Below, one piece after another: positions 16,621 through 26,638 of a DNA stretch of 30,441 nt; within the stretch, counting starts at the first letter, position 1; every line of letters starts with the position of its first letter. The position numbers and the translations under genes were made by a program. The DNA is from a virus (taxonomy: Duplodnaviria; Heunggongvirae; Uroviricota; Caudoviricetes). The stretch is taken from the IMG/VR virus record IMGVR_UViG_2563366799_000003. The stretch is one strand, 5' to 3'. Below the pieces are notes generated by a model. The model was not told the origin of the DNA and did not search any database. It was given only the letters and a program-made list of their open reading frames with translations.

Positions 16621-17214
16621 GTGAGTGGAAAAGTTAATAAGTCAGCCGCTGGTAAGACCGGAACCACTTCGGAAAAGAAAGACGACAAAGCAACGAAGGA
16701 TACGCCTGTCCCGGCGAAACCGGCACCGGTGGCACCAGTTATTACTGATGACAGTCAGGCATCACAACCGGCGGTTGCAGCTTCAGATGTCGCATCTGAC
16801 CCGGAACCTGTACCCGGTGACAATGGAATAACGGTTATCCCGGCCACAGTCAGTCTTGTCACCATACCGGGTGAGAACACGGGTGATGACCTGAGAAAAC
16901 ATCTCTGGCAGGAGACGCTGGCACATGACCATTCAGAGGCTGTTCGCATTGCTGAAAATGTCGTGGTGCTGGAGGTCCGCGCCATTCCGGAAAACGGTTT
17001 TCGCCGGGCTGGCCGATTCTGGCCGCACGATACGGTGCATGTGTTTGTCAGCGATAACCCGGATGAACAGATTCTGGAAGATGCCGGTGGTAATCCGCTA
17101 CAGGGGTGCGTGATCAGTACCGACACAGCCCTGCGTCTGAAGGCTGAAAAGATGCTGATTGTGACCGAACTGGCGACCGTTGCCGGGACTGAAGCCGACG
17201 TGGAGAGCAAATAA
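16621..17214 (+). CDS. hypothetical virion protein with Pro/Ala/Thr-rich low-complexity N-terminus
   Basis: GTG start (first start after an in-frame TAA) with GAGG ribosome-binding site 8 nt upstream; 197 aa; located between major head and gp36-like genes. Confidence 0.45.
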   Translation: MSGKVNKSAAGKTGTTSEKKDDKATKDTPVPAKPAPVAPVITDDSQASQPAVAASDVASDPEPVPGDNGITVIPATVSLVTIPGENTGDDLRKHLWQETLAHDHSEAVRIAENVVVLEVRAIPENGFRRAGRFWPHDTVHVFVSDNPDEQILEDAGGNPLQGCVISTDTALRLKAEKMLIVTELATVAGTEADVESK

Positions 17215-17654
17215 TGGGCATCTACGTAACGCGTGAGGACCTGCTGGCAACCGATGGTGACCGCGTCTGGAACATGGCAATCAACAAAGAGACGCAGCAG
17301 CTCGACGAAGAAAAGATCCAGCGTGCGATTGATGACACTGATGCAGAAATTAATTCCTTTCTGGCAAAGCGTTATCAGTTGCCGCTGAACCTTCCGAGCC
17401 TGCCGAGTCCGTTGCGCCGGGCGGCGGTTTCCATCGCGTTCTACTGGCTGTCTGAACGGGACCATCAGATCACCGATGAAATCCAGAAGCGTTACGACGA
17501 AGCCCTCCGCACCCTGCGTGAAATCGCCAACGGCACCCGTGACCTCGGTGTGCCGTCTGACACCCCGGTCCCTGAGACCGACACCGGAAAGCTGATCATC
17601 GTCAGTGAAAACCGTCGTCTGTTCACCCGTAACAACCTGAAAGGGGTGCTGTGA
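17214..17654 (+). CDS. Mu gp36-like protein (DUF1320 family; head-tail joining candidate)
   Basis: 146 aa; 1-nt overlap with upstream stop; position after the capsid gene as in Mu-like phages. Confidence 0.55.
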   Translation: MGIYVTREDLLATDGDRVWNMAINKETQQLDEEKIQRAIDDTDAEINSFLAKRYQLPLNLPSLPSPLRRAAVSIAFYWLSERDHQITDEIQKRYDEALRTLREIANGTRDLGVPSDTPVPETDTGKLIIVSENRRLFTRNNLKGVL

Positions 17655-18196
17655 TGGGAATTACTGTCGAGGTCAGAGGAGACCAGAAGTTTCAGGACAT
17701 TCGCCGTGCGATTGAGCGACTGGCTGACCAGTCGCTGCAACAGGAGCTACTGGAGAGCATTGGCGCTGTGGTGGAGTCACAGACCCGCCGGCGCATCTCC
17801 AGCGAAAAATCCAGTCCTGCCGGCGAGAAATGGCAGGACTGGTCTGACAGCTACGCGAAAACCAGACACAGCAACCAGAGCCTGTTACAGGGCAACGGCG
17901 ATCTGCTCGACAGTATCCAGTATGTGGTCAGCGGCTCTGTCGTTCGTGTGGGTACGCCGCTTGATTATGGCCGGACGCACAACGAGGGGTTTTCCGGCTC
18001 GGTGTCTGTGTCAGCCCATAAGCGACTCATCTCACAGGCATTTGGACGGGCGCTTAAACACGGGGTATGGCAAACCGTGGGGGCGCATAAACGTATGTTG
18101 AACATCCCGCAGCGTGAGTTCCTCGGCCTGTCCTCCGGGAACAGTCAGGAACTGCTGCACGTCATCGGGGATTTCTGGAATGAGGTTCTGCAATGA
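17654..18196 (+). CDS. phage virion morphogenesis / tail completion protein (Mu G / P2 S-like)
   Basis: ATG at 17654 in TGATG overlap (ORF-track start 17651 is GTG); C-terminal motif IPQREFLGLSSGNSQEL recalled as typical of this family. Confidence 0.45.
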   Translation: MGITVEVRGDQKFQDIRRAIERLADQSLQQELLESIGAVVESQTRRRISSEKSSPAGEKWQDWSDSYAKTRHSNQSLLQGNGDLLDSIQYVVSGSVVRVGTPLDYGRTHNEGFSGSVSVSAHKRLISQAFGRALKHGVWQTVGAHKRMLNIPQREFLGLSSGNSQELLHVIGDFWNEVLQ

Positions 18197-18816
18197 ATGA
18201 ACGTCCGGCGTTCGTCACCCTGGGCAGTACGGTCAGTGCCGCCGAGAATATTGTTAACTGGCTGAAAGCTGAACTGGAGGGTGAAAAGCAACCTGACCGG
18301 GTTGAAAAGGTGGAGCGTCACATCGGTCAGTTTAACACCCCGGATCAGGTCAAAAGCTATATGTCCGGGCGCGGCGGCAGTATCCGTATTGCGGCCTTAC
18401 GGGTCAGGAATATCCAGAACCGTCGCGGCATGACCGGACTTGTGACCTGGGCGGCCTACATCATGATGGCTGATTTCTGGGGATACCCGCGCGATGCCCG
18501 CTGTGAGGTTATTGCCGGACGCCTTGCCCGTCGTATCAGTTGTCGTGAAGCGGCTGCGGGCATGAAGGCTGAGCGTATGGCTGAGAACATCGCCGCTGAA
18601 AACCTCTGGTCGGGTGGCCTGGACAATCTCGGGATCACCATGTGGGCCGTTACATGGGAACAGGAATTCCGTCTTGATGATGAGATAGACCTGTCCACGC
18701 TGCCGGAATTCCTGCGACTGGGGGCAACCATTGTGGTGAACGGACAGCCTGTAAGCGATGAGCCGCAAATCATAAACGTAAGAGAAGGACAGACTGATGA
18801 CAAAGAAAATGATTAA
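18193..18816 (+). CDS. Mu-like tail completion protein (gp37-type)
   Basis: 207 aa; ATGA overlap with upstream stop; sits between morphogenesis protein and sheath. Confidence 0.4.
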   Translation: MNERPAFVTLGSTVSAAENIVNWLKAELEGEKQPDRVEKVERHIGQFNTPDQVKSYMSGRGGSIRIAALRVRNIQNRRGMTGLVTWAAYIMMADFWGYPRDARCEVIAGRLARRISCREAAAGMKAERMAENIAAENLWSGGLDNLGITMWAVTWEQEFRLDDEIDLSTLPEFLRLGATIVVNGQPVSDEPQIINVREGQTDDKEND

Positions 18817-18985
18817 GCCATCACGGGCGGGCCTGCTCGTTCGTAAGGCTGATGGCAGTCACCTTGCCGCTGATGGCGAGACGCTGCCGGTCAATGCGTA
18901 CTGGCTGCGCCGTGAAAAAGAAGGCGATGTGAATATCACTGAGCCACCGAAGTCCCGCACACCTAAAACCGATAAGGAGGCATGA
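18797..18985 (+). CDS. small conserved Mu-like protein (DUF2635-type, 62 aa)
   Basis: Small ORF immediately upstream of and overlapping (ATGA) the sheath gene, as in Mu-like tail modules. Confidence 0.45.
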   Translation: MTKKMIKPSRAGLLVRKADGSHLAADGETLPVNAYWLRREKEGDVNITEPPKSRTPKTDKEA

Positions 18986-20463
18986 TGTCCATCGGTAATA
19001 TTCCTGATGATATTCGTGTCCCGCTGGTCTGGATCGATATCGATAACTCTATGGCGATGAGTGCCGCGCCGGCACAGTCCCGAAAAATTCTGGTTGTGGG
19101 TCAGCAGCTCGCCAGCGCGACTGCTTTACCGTTGACGCTGAACCGTATTACTGGCGACAGCATGGCTGATGAACTCTATGGCCGTGGCTCCATGCTGGGT
19201 GAAATGGCAAAGATGGTCCGTATGGCCAACAGTTACACCGAGATGTATGCGATGGGACTGGAAGATATTGCCCAGGGTGCCGCGGCGAGTGCCACAGTCA
19301 CGATGCTCGGCACCGCCACTCAGGCTGGTACGCTGGCACTGATGATCAATGGCGTATCTGTCCAGGTCGGGGTCAGCATCGGTGATGAAGCGGCAACCAT
19401 TGCCGGCAATATCATCGCTGCAATTACCGCAAAGCCTGCCACTCAGGTTACTGCCACAGCAAAAGCTGAAGCTGCTGCAACGGTAGTGCTGACCGTGAAG
19501 TGGAAAGGCGTCACGGGAAATGACAGTGATGTGCGCCTGAACTATTACGCCGGAGAAAAAACACCTGCCGGCATCAGTGCAACACTGACCGCATTTTCGG
19601 GTGGTACGGGGACGCCGGATATTCAGTCTGTTGTCGCGGCGCTGGGAGATGACTGGTACACGGATATCATCTTCCCGTACCTCGATGCCCAGAGCCTGAA
19701 CACCATTCGTGACGAACTGCTGGAACGCTGGGGGCCGCTCAAGATGATGGAGGCGCTGTTGTGGTCTGCTTATCGCGGAACACATGCCCAGAGCGGAACA
19801 TTCGGACATACCCGCAATGACTGGCTGATTTCCTGTATCGGCACCAACATCGCACCTGAACCGTCATGGATGTGGGCCGCCAGCTACGGTGCAACGGCGG
19901 CATACCAGCTTGCCATAGATCCGGCCCGTCCTCTCCAGACTCTGATCCTGACAGGCATCAAGCCCCCCGCTCGCGGTATCCGCTGGGATATGCCAGAGCG
20001 TAACCTGCTGTTGCATGACGGTATCGCCACGCACTTTGTTGATGCCGGAGATAACGTCTGTATTGAGCGCGAAATCACCATGTACCGCGTAAACCGCTAT
20101 GGCGATACGGACATTTCATACCTCGATGTGCAGTCGCCAGCAACGCTTGGCCGTATCCGTTATGTCATCAAAAACCGTTTCACCAGTCGCTACCCACGCC
20201 ACAAGCTGGCGGGTGATGACGTGCTTGATTTGCTCGATGCCGGTCAGCCAGTCATGACGCCAAAAATCTGTCGGGCTGAGTTACTGGATATTGCGCTGAC
20301 TGAGCTTATCCCGGCAGGTCTGGTGGAGGATTTCGAAGATTATAAAGACACGCTTGATGTCACCATCGACAGCAAAGACCCAAACCGTCTGAACTTTATC
20401 TGCCACCCGAATCTGGTGAATCAGTTGCGCGTTCTGGCCGGTCTCATCCAGTTCAAACTTTAA
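18982..20463 (+). CDS. contractile tail sheath protein (Mu L-like)
   Basis: 493 aa, followed by a small tube-sized protein; sheath-typical size and order. Confidence 0.85.
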   Translation: MMSIGNIPDDIRVPLVWIDIDNSMAMSAAPAQSRKILVVGQQLASATALPLTLNRITGDSMADELYGRGSMLGEMAKMVRMANSYTEMYAMGLEDIAQGAAASATVTMLGTATQAGTLALMINGVSVQVGVSIGDEAATIAGNIIAAITAKPATQVTATAKAEAAATVVLTVKWKGVTGNDSDVRLNYYAGEKTPAGISATLTAFSGGTGTPDIQSVVAALGDDWYTDIIFPYLDAQSLNTIRDELLERWGPLKMMEALLWSAYRGTHAQSGTFGHTRNDWLISCIGTNIAPEPSWMWAASYGATAAYQLAIDPARPLQTLILTGIKPPARGIRWDMPERNLLLHDGIATHFVDAGDNVCIEREITMYRVNRYGDTDISYLDVQSPATLGRIRYVIKNRFTSRYPRHKLAGDDVLDLLDAGQPVMTPKICRAELLDIALTELIPAGLVEDFEDYKDTLDVTIDSKDPNRLNFICHPNLVNQLRVLAGLIQFKL

Positions 20464-20472
20464 GGAACCAGC

Positions 20473-20829
20473 ATGGCAAATATTCTGGGTATGGCGGCGA
20501 TTCGTATTAATGGCCGTGAAATCAAAACTGAAGGCAAGTCCACCCTGAATCCGGGTGGCTATGCCCGCCAGCAACACATGGGCGGCGGTAAGGTCTGGGG
20601 GAATTCCCGCAAGATGGCTGCCCCCTCCATCAAACTGACCATTGCAGCGGATCGTGACGTTGATGTGATTGAAATCAGTAACTGGGAGGACGTGACCGTC
20701 ATGTTCTACGGTGACAACGGCCTCAACTACATGATGACCGGCGCGGCCACCGATAACCCGGCTGAACTGGACGAAGACGCGGGGACAGTTTCGGCTAACT
20801 TCATCGGCGTCAAGTGTGTGAAGGTGTAA
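20473..20829 (+). CDS. tail tube protein (Mu M-like)
   Basis: 118 aa immediately after the sheath gene. Confidence 0.8.
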   Translation: MANILGMAAIRINGREIKTEGKSTLNPGGYARQQHMGGGKVWGNSRKMAAPSIKLTIAADRDVDVIEISNWEDVTVMFYGDNGLNYMMTGAATDNPAELDEDAGTVSANFIGVKCVKV

Positions 20830-20832
20830 GAC

Positions 20833-21228
20833 ATGGCTGAACTGACATTCCCTCTGGTACACGGTCTGCGCACCGGCAAAGGTACTACCGACGAAATGCT
20901 TCACAAGGATGTGACGCTACGCGAGCTGACATCACGGGATGTTATCGAATCACAACTGGCCTCCGAGCGCGTTGTGATTGGGGATAACGGCAAGGCGGTT
21001 GCCTACTGCTCTGAGGTCATGATGGGTCTGGAGATGATGCGCCGGCAGATTAAGAAGATTGGAGAAATCCCCGGCCCGCTGGACATGAATCAAATTTATG
21101 CCCTGCATCCGGAAGATTTGAAGTTGCTGACAGAAAAGGGTCAGGCGATGGATGACATGCTGGGGGAGACTGCCGAACGGGGGCGACATGATGCCGATGG
21201 CAGCGGCGCTCAATCTACTGCTGATTAA
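20833..21228 (+). CDS. tail assembly chaperone (Mu Y-position)
   Basis: 131 aa between tube and tape measure; acidic C-terminus; an overlapping alternative-frame ORF bridges to the tape-measure gene (see findings). Confidence 0.6.
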   Translation: MAELTFPLVHGLRTGKGTTDEMLHKDVTLRELTSRDVIESQLASERVVIGDNGKAVAYCSEVMMGLEMMRRQIKKIGEIPGPLDMNQIYALHPEDLKLLTEKGQAMDDMLGETAERGRHDADGSGAQSTAD

Positions 21229-21314
21229 CCTCTCTCAGCGTTTCGATGTTAACCGGCTTGAGCAACTGCCCCTACGGCAGTTGCTTATTCAGGTCAGGCA
21301 ACTGAGGAAGCAAT

Positions 21315-23234
21315 ATGACAAACCGCCTAAGCACTGAAATTCTGATTAACCTTGCCGGGAACCTGACGGCTAAAGCCCGCCAGTACGGCGCTAACATGAG
21401 CGAGTTTGCCAGCCGTAACCAGAAAGCAATGTCTGTTGTTAAGGCCGCGTCTGAATCTGCCGGACGTGGTCTGGACATGCTCAGTAATCGCTATACAACG
21501 ATGATTGCCGGCCTTGCCAGCGGCGCAGCGCTGAGAGAATTTGCTAAAACAGATCGACAATTAACCGGGCTGGGTATTGCCGCCGGTAAAACTCGTGATG
21601 AGATGCGCAATATCTTTGATGGTATTCAGGATACCGCCATCAAATTCCGGGTGGATGACTCGGAGGTGTTGGCCGCACTGGAGAATGTCAACAAAACGAC
21701 CGGTGATCTGGATTTCGGTATTCAGAATAAGGGCATGATAGCCGCCTCTATCGCTGCATCAGGCTCTCAGGGGGATTCGATTGGCGGACTGTTTTCTCAG
21801 TTCCCCAAATTTGGTCTTCAGACTGAAAAGCAGACGCTTGCAGCTATGGACACGTTAAACCTTCTGGGAAAAGAAGGCGCATTTGAGCTGAAAGACATTG
21901 CAGAAAAAGGCGTCAGAGCCTTCTCTATGTACTCCGCTGCTGGCGGGAGTGGCGTTAAGGGAGTCAAAGACGTAGGCGTTGTACTGGAATCAGCCATTGA
22001 TGCCACAGGCAACCGTGATACAGCAGCCACGGCGACTGAAAACCTTATTCGTGATCTGCAGTTGCCAAAGGTTGTTAGCACCCTTCGAAAGAATGGTGTC
22101 AACGTTTATGACAAAGATGGGAAGATGCGATCACTTCCAACACTCCTGGAGGAAATCGCTAAAAAATCAGGGAGTAAAGGTTCTGAGAAACAGAATAAAA
22201 GACTCCTGGAAGCCGGTTTTAACCAGGACAGTATTTTACTTATCAGCAGTGCCACCTCTGGTAAAGGAGCAGAAAACCTCAAGCGATACCAGTCAGTTGT
22301 CGGGGACGGCACAGGCATCATGAAAGATGCTGAATATGCGGCGAAAGATTTTACTTCGGCACTGACCAGCCTGAATGTTACCTGGAAGAAGTTTTCTAAC
22401 AGCAATCTTGCCGGCCCGGTACAGGACCTGGCTGATGCTATCAATTCAGTTGATCAAAAGACGGTTCAGAACTGGCTGGAAGTCGGCAAGAAAATAGCCA
22501 TTGCGACCGCTGGAGTCATTGCGGCACGTAAAGCATTTAAAATTGGTAAAGGTGCATGGGAGTTTCTCCAGCCAGAAAAAGGCGGAAAAGGCATCCCTAA
22601 AGGCGTCTCCGATGTTTTTGGCTCCGGTGTTATGCCCGTTTATGTCGTGAACATGGGCAAAGGTGGGATGGGGGGGCCGGGTGATTTAATCCCCGATGGA
22701 CCTGATGGAAAAAATCCCCGTAAACCTAATAGTCCCAGACGTCCTGGCAGCCCACAGGAAATGGTCGGCCTGACCATGCTGGCGTCAACTATTCCATACC
22801 TTTATGAAGAACCATCACTGAGCAGTGATGACAAAGCTGGCATGGTTCAGTGGGCAAAGGATCGTGCCAAACGCAAAGCAAATGAGAAACCGGTTATTGA
22901 CCCGCGCCCGTGGGCATCACTGACCCCGGCGACGCCGTTCATTCCTGCGGCTGAAAATCCCCCGGCAGACAGACCGCGCCCTGAAACGAGTGATCATTCT
23001 TTGTTTGGTGTCATCGTTGATTTTCTGCGTGGCACCAACGCCGCAATTGAAAACAAAAACGCGTTTGATAAGCCTGTTCAGCCACCTGCATTACCCACAA
23101 CCCTACAGAAAATGCAGGGTGAAATCCGCGTGATCCTTGAGGGTGGCGGTGGCCGTGTTAAAAGCGTCACCATGAACCAGCCGGATATCAAACTTAGTGC
23201 ATCTGCTGGCGTGTCCAGCGTGGAGCAAGGCTGA
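21315..23234 (+). CDS. tail tape measure protein (Mu N-like)
   Basis: 639 aa; Ala/Gly-rich helical regions and a Gly/Pro-rich segment (GKGGMGGPGDLIPDGPDGKNPRKPNSPRRPGSP); located after tube and chaperone. Confidence 0.85.
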   Translation: MTNRLSTEILINLAGNLTAKARQYGANMSEFASRNQKAMSVVKAASESAGRGLDMLSNRYTTMIAGLASGAALREFAKTDRQLTGLGIAAGKTRDEMRNIFDGIQDTAIKFRVDDSEVLAALENVNKTTGDLDFGIQNKGMIAASIAASGSQGDSIGGLFSQFPKFGLQTEKQTLAAMDTLNLLGKEGAFELKDIAEKGVRAFSMYSAAGGSGVKGVKDVGVVLESAIDATGNRDTAATATENLIRDLQLPKVVSTLRKNGVNVYDKDGKMRSLPTLLEEIAKKSGSKGSEKQNKRLLEAGFNQDSILLISSATSGKGAENLKRYQSVVGDGTGIMKDAEYAAKDFTSALTSLNVTWKKFSNSNLAGPVQDLADAINSVDQKTVQNWLEVGKKIAIATAGVIAARKAFKIGKGAWEFLQPEKGGKGIPKGVSDVFGSGVMPVYVVNMGKGGMGGPGDLIPDGPDGKNPRKPNSPRRPGSPQEMVGLTMLASTIPYLYEEPSLSSDDKAGMVQWAKDRAKRKANEKPVIDPRPWASLTPATPFIPAAENPPADRPRPETSDHSLFGVIVDFLRGTNAAIENKNAFDKPVQPPALPTTLQKMQGEIRVILEGGGGRVKSVTMNQPDIKLSASAGVSSVEQG

Positions 23235-24565
23235 TGGCTGCTACCCGATGGGAAGACCTGCGCGATGCTTCGTTCCGGGGCGTCTCGTTTTATCTGGTCG
23301 ATAACGAAGGCACCAGCGGCCGTCGGGCAATTCCCCGCGCCTACCCCAAAAAAGAAGTGGGCTGGACCGAGGATAACGGTGCCGTTCTGACCCAACAGCA
23401 AATCAACGGCAAGCTGATTGGAAAGAACTACCAGAGCCAACTGGAGGCACTTCTCCGGGCTCTGAACACACCTGGACCCGGTGAACTTATCCATCCGTGG
23501 TTCGGCATTCAGAAGGTTCAGATTGGTAAGGTGACTCACCGTCTGAGCACTGAGGAAGGCGGCATTGCCTACATCTCTTTTGAGGTATCTGAGGCGGGCG
23601 AGCGCCTGTTTCCTGCGCCGGCAGAAAATACCAGCCTGACGGTACTCAGCGCAGCGGATAAGGTCAAAGCTGCGCTGGCGAATGGCGATGTCTTTGCCCT
23701 GCTTGATGGTCTTGGTGAGATGGCCGATACGTGGATGGACGACATGGAAAATCTGGTAGTGGGTGTGCTGACGCTGCCCTCCGCGATTACTGAATGGACT
23801 GACCGTTTAGGGCGTTTTCGTGGGTTGATTGAGCTGGCCGTCGCGAAACCAGCCGGATTTATCAATGATGTTCTGAACCTTGTCAGCGGTGTACGCGACA
23901 CCGTGACCGAACCTCTTTGGTCAATGCGGGTTTATGATCAGATCCGCAACCGGTGGCAGGGAGATCAGTTTTCCGGTTCTTCATCTTCGCCGTGGTCGTC
24001 GCCGGTTTCGCCAACAAATACAAGTGACCGGGCGACAGCCGCTGCACTTCACCAGTTGCCCAAATACATGTCAGTCACACCAGGTTCAGTGACTGACGGA
24101 AAGTATGGTTTTGCCAGCAGCCTTCCGGACGTTGTCCCTGAACTGACCGATGCCATGCAGGCCAACATCACTCATTTTCGTCAGCTGATTGTCGTTGCCA
24201 GCCTAATTGGACAGGCAGAGACCGTTGCCAGCACCGAGTTCAGAAGTAGTGAGGAAGCCATAAGTGCGGGTGACACGCTGGCTGAGCAACTGAATGAACA
24301 AGCTGTGTATGCCGTAGAAAACGGTCAGCGGAATTTGTGGCATGCCCTGCGCGAGCTGCGCTTTGCCGTCGTCAATGACGTGCGGGTCAGAAGCGCTCAG
24401 CTACCACAGACACGAACGGTCATTCTGACCACAACGTCCCCGGTATCTCTGATTGCATGGCGTGAAACCGGTAATACCGAGAACCGTGACGCCATCGCGT
24501 CAAGGAACCGATTGAAAGACCCGGCGTTCGTTCTTCCGGGTAAACCTGTCGAGGTAACAGATTGA
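23234..24565 (+). CDS. DNA circulation protein (Mu P-like), baseplate-associated
   Basis: 443 aa; TGATG overlap with the tape-measure stop; N-terminus MAATRWEDLRDASFRGVSFYL matches the DNA_circ_N pattern as recalled. Confidence 0.75.
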   Translation: MAATRWEDLRDASFRGVSFYLVDNEGTSGRRAIPRAYPKKEVGWTEDNGAVLTQQQINGKLIGKNYQSQLEALLRALNTPGPGELIHPWFGIQKVQIGKVTHRLSTEEGGIAYISFEVSEAGERLFPAPAENTSLTVLSAADKVKAALANGDVFALLDGLGEMADTWMDDMENLVVGVLTLPSAITEWTDRLGRFRGLIELAVAKPAGFINDVLNLVSGVRDTVTEPLWSMRVYDQIRNRWQGDQFSGSSSSPWSSPVSPTNTSDRATAAALHQLPKYMSVTPGSVTDGKYGFASSLPDVVPELTDAMQANITHFRQLIVVASLIGQAETVASTEFRSSEEAISAGDTLAEQLNEQAVYAVENGQRNLWHALRELRFAVVNDVRVRSAQLPQTRTVILTTTSPVSLIAWRETGNTENRDAIASRNRLKDPAFVLPGKPVEVTD

Positions 24566-25656
24566 TGGAAATGGTTGTGCTTGAGGTTGACGGCCAGCAG
24601 TGGGACGGATGGACAGAGATGTCCATCACTTCCTCACTGGAGGCTGTTGCCGGCGAATTTGATCTCACTGTCACCACACAATGGTCAGAAGCATCACCAC
24701 GCGTGATTAAGCAGGGCATGCCCTGCATCGTCAGGCTGGGAAAAGATACGGTTCTGACGGGGTATATTGATGATTTCATTCCCAGCTATGACGCAGAAAA
24801 CATGAGTATTCGCGTTATGGGGCGGGATAAAACCGGCGATCTCGTTGACAGCTCAGTGGTGCATAAATCCGGCCAGTGGAAAGGTGTTCGACTGGAGCAA
24901 CTGGCAGTGGAAATCTGCAAACCCTATGGCATCAGTGTTATCAGTGAAACTGACACTGGTGAAACCTTCGGTAGCGTGGTGCTTGAACAGGGAGAGACCG
25001 CCTTCGATCTTCTTGACCGCCTGGCTAAACAACGCGGCGTTCTGCTGACTGCTGATGGTCTGGGTAATCTGATCATCACCCGTGCATCAACAAAGCGTGC
25101 CGGCGTTCCTCTGATTTTCGGGACCAATATTCTTGCAGCCCGCGGCCGGTTCAGCTGGCGTGAGAGAAACAGCCAGTACATCGTGAAAGGCACCTCCAGT
25201 GCGGGTGGGAGCACGTGGGACGATCAGCCAGTCAAAGTGATTGGAGGACGTCAGACCATCGTTGATGATGGTGACATCAACCGTTACCGCCCGAAAATTC
25301 TGGTCAATGAAGACAGCCTGACCGTCGGAGGCGCAAGTACACGCGGTGAATGGTACAAAGCGCGGATGATGGGCGAAGCCAACAGCACCGAAATTACACT
25401 GGCAGGATGGCGAGAGAATGGCGATGAAGGCCCGTTATGGCAGAAAAACAGGCGCGTTGATATTGATGACCCGGTACAGAACCTGAAGGACTCATGGCTG
25501 ATTAAAACCGTCACGTTTACTGAAGGTGATAACGGACGTCTCTGCGTTCTGACGCTGGTTCCCCCTGAGTCGATGGATATGCCTGAAACCAGTGCGAAAA
25601 AAGCAGGCAAGAAAGGCAAGAGATCAAAGGCAAAAACGGAGGAAACATGGGACTGA
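24565..25656 (+). CDS. baseplate hub protein (Mu gp44 / P2 gpD-like)
   Basis: ATG at 24565 in TGATG overlap (ORF-track start 24562 is TTG) with GAGG ribosome-binding site; Lys-rich C-terminus. Confidence 0.7.
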   Translation: MEMVVLEVDGQQWDGWTEMSITSSLEAVAGEFDLTVTTQWSEASPRVIKQGMPCIVRLGKDTVLTGYIDDFIPSYDAENMSIRVMGRDKTGDLVDSSVVHKSGQWKGVRLEQLAVEICKPYGISVISETDTGETFGSVVLEQGETAFDLLDRLAKQRGVLLTADGLGNLIITRASTKRAGVPLIFGTNILAARGRFSWRERNSQYIVKGTSSAGGSTWDDQPVKVIGGRQTIVDDGDINRYRPKILVNEDSLTVGGASTRGEWYKARMMGEANSTEITLAGWRENGDEGPLWQKNRRVDIDDPVQNLKDSWLIKTVTFTEGDNGRLCVLTLVPPESMDMPETSAKKAGKKGKRSKAKTEETWD

Positions 25657-26189
25657 ATCCGGCAAATATCGGTCGCACACTTGAAGGTATTGGACGCCGG
25701 CTGCGATTGCTCGTTGACAGGGCCGTTGTTCGTATCGTTACAGACAGTCTCGGGCGTCAGAACCTCCAGATCCAGTCTCTGGCGGATTCCACCAATGATG
25801 ATGTTGAACGTTTCCAGAACTACGGCCTGACGTCTGTGCCGCCAGTCGGTTCAGAAGCACTCATTCTGGCAGTGGGGGGACGCCGGGAAGGTCTGGTGGC
25901 AATCGCTGTTGAAGACAAGCGCTGTCGTCCAAAAGGTCTGGAGGATGGAGAGGTCAGGTTATATCACGGCGATGGTCAGTCTTATATCACCCTGAAAAAA
26001 GGTGGTCTTATCGACGTTAAAGGGAAATCGGTTAATTACGATGCCGGCGAATTGTTTGCGATAAATACAAAATTATTAAAAGTTAACGGCCCATCTGTAT
26101 TTTCAAATGATATTCAGGTCGCCGGTAAATCTGTTCTTGAGCATTTCCATATGGACGGGGATGGCAAAAAAACATCGGAGATGAAATGA
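25647..26189 (+). CDS. baseplate spike / assembly protein V (Mu gp45-like)
   Basis: 180 aa; ACGGAGG ribosome-binding site; size and order as gpV-type spike. Confidence 0.75.
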   Translation: MGLNPANIGRTLEGIGRRLRLLVDRAVVRIVTDSLGRQNLQIQSLADSTNDDVERFQNYGLTSVPPVGSEALILAVGGRREGLVAIAVEDKRCRPKGLEDGEVRLYHGDGQSYITLKKGGLIDVKGKSVNYDAGELFAINTKLLKVNGPSVFSNDIQVAGKSVLEHFHMDGDGKKTSEMK

Positions 26190-26638
26190 CTATTGGTATC
26201 AGCTGGAATAATCAACTCTCCAGAGGTGAACTGACAATTAACCATGATGGTTTATCGCGTGATGAAGGACTGGTCACTTTGGTTCTGATTTGTCTTTTCA
26301 CCGACGTCCGTGCTGATACTGATGACATTATTCCTGATAACTCATCGGACCCGAGAGGCTGGCCCGGCGACACATTTAGTGATTATCCGTGGGGATCGAA
26401 ACTCTGGTTGCTGGATCGCGAGAAGCTGACGGAATCCGTCAGAATGCGGGTGGAAGATTATGCACTGCTTTCTATGCAACCGCTTTTACGTTCTGGTTAT
26501 GCGCGTAATGCAGCAGTCACAGCCACTATAAGCGGCAATGACCGAATTAATTTTATTGTCATTCTAACCCGCCCGGATAAAACGACGCTCCGGATTGAAA
26601 TAAGTAAACGCTGGGAGTCCACTGCTAATGCCTTATAA
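26186..26638 (+). CDS. baseplate protein (Mu gp46 / gpW-like)
   Basis: 150 aa; ATGA overlap; position between gpV-like and baseplate J-like genes. Confidence 0.7.
   Translation: MTIGISWNNQLSRGELTINHDGLSRDEGLVTLVLICLFTDVRADTDDIIPDNSSDPRGWPGDTFSDYPWGSKLWLLDREKLTESVRMRVEDYALLSMQPLLRSGYARNAAVTATISGNDRINFIVILTRPDKTTLRIEISKRWESTANAL

Noticed and set aside
16755-17465. 236-aa minus-strand ORF antisense to the 16621..17654 genes
   Set aside because: Same reasoning: antisense to tightly coupled plus-strand genes, low-complexity translation.
26121-26131. GCCGGTAAATC, a near-match to the late-promoter motif, inside the gp45-like gene
   Set aside because: One-base deletion relative to the motif, embedded mid-gene within a translationally coupled operon; treated as chance.
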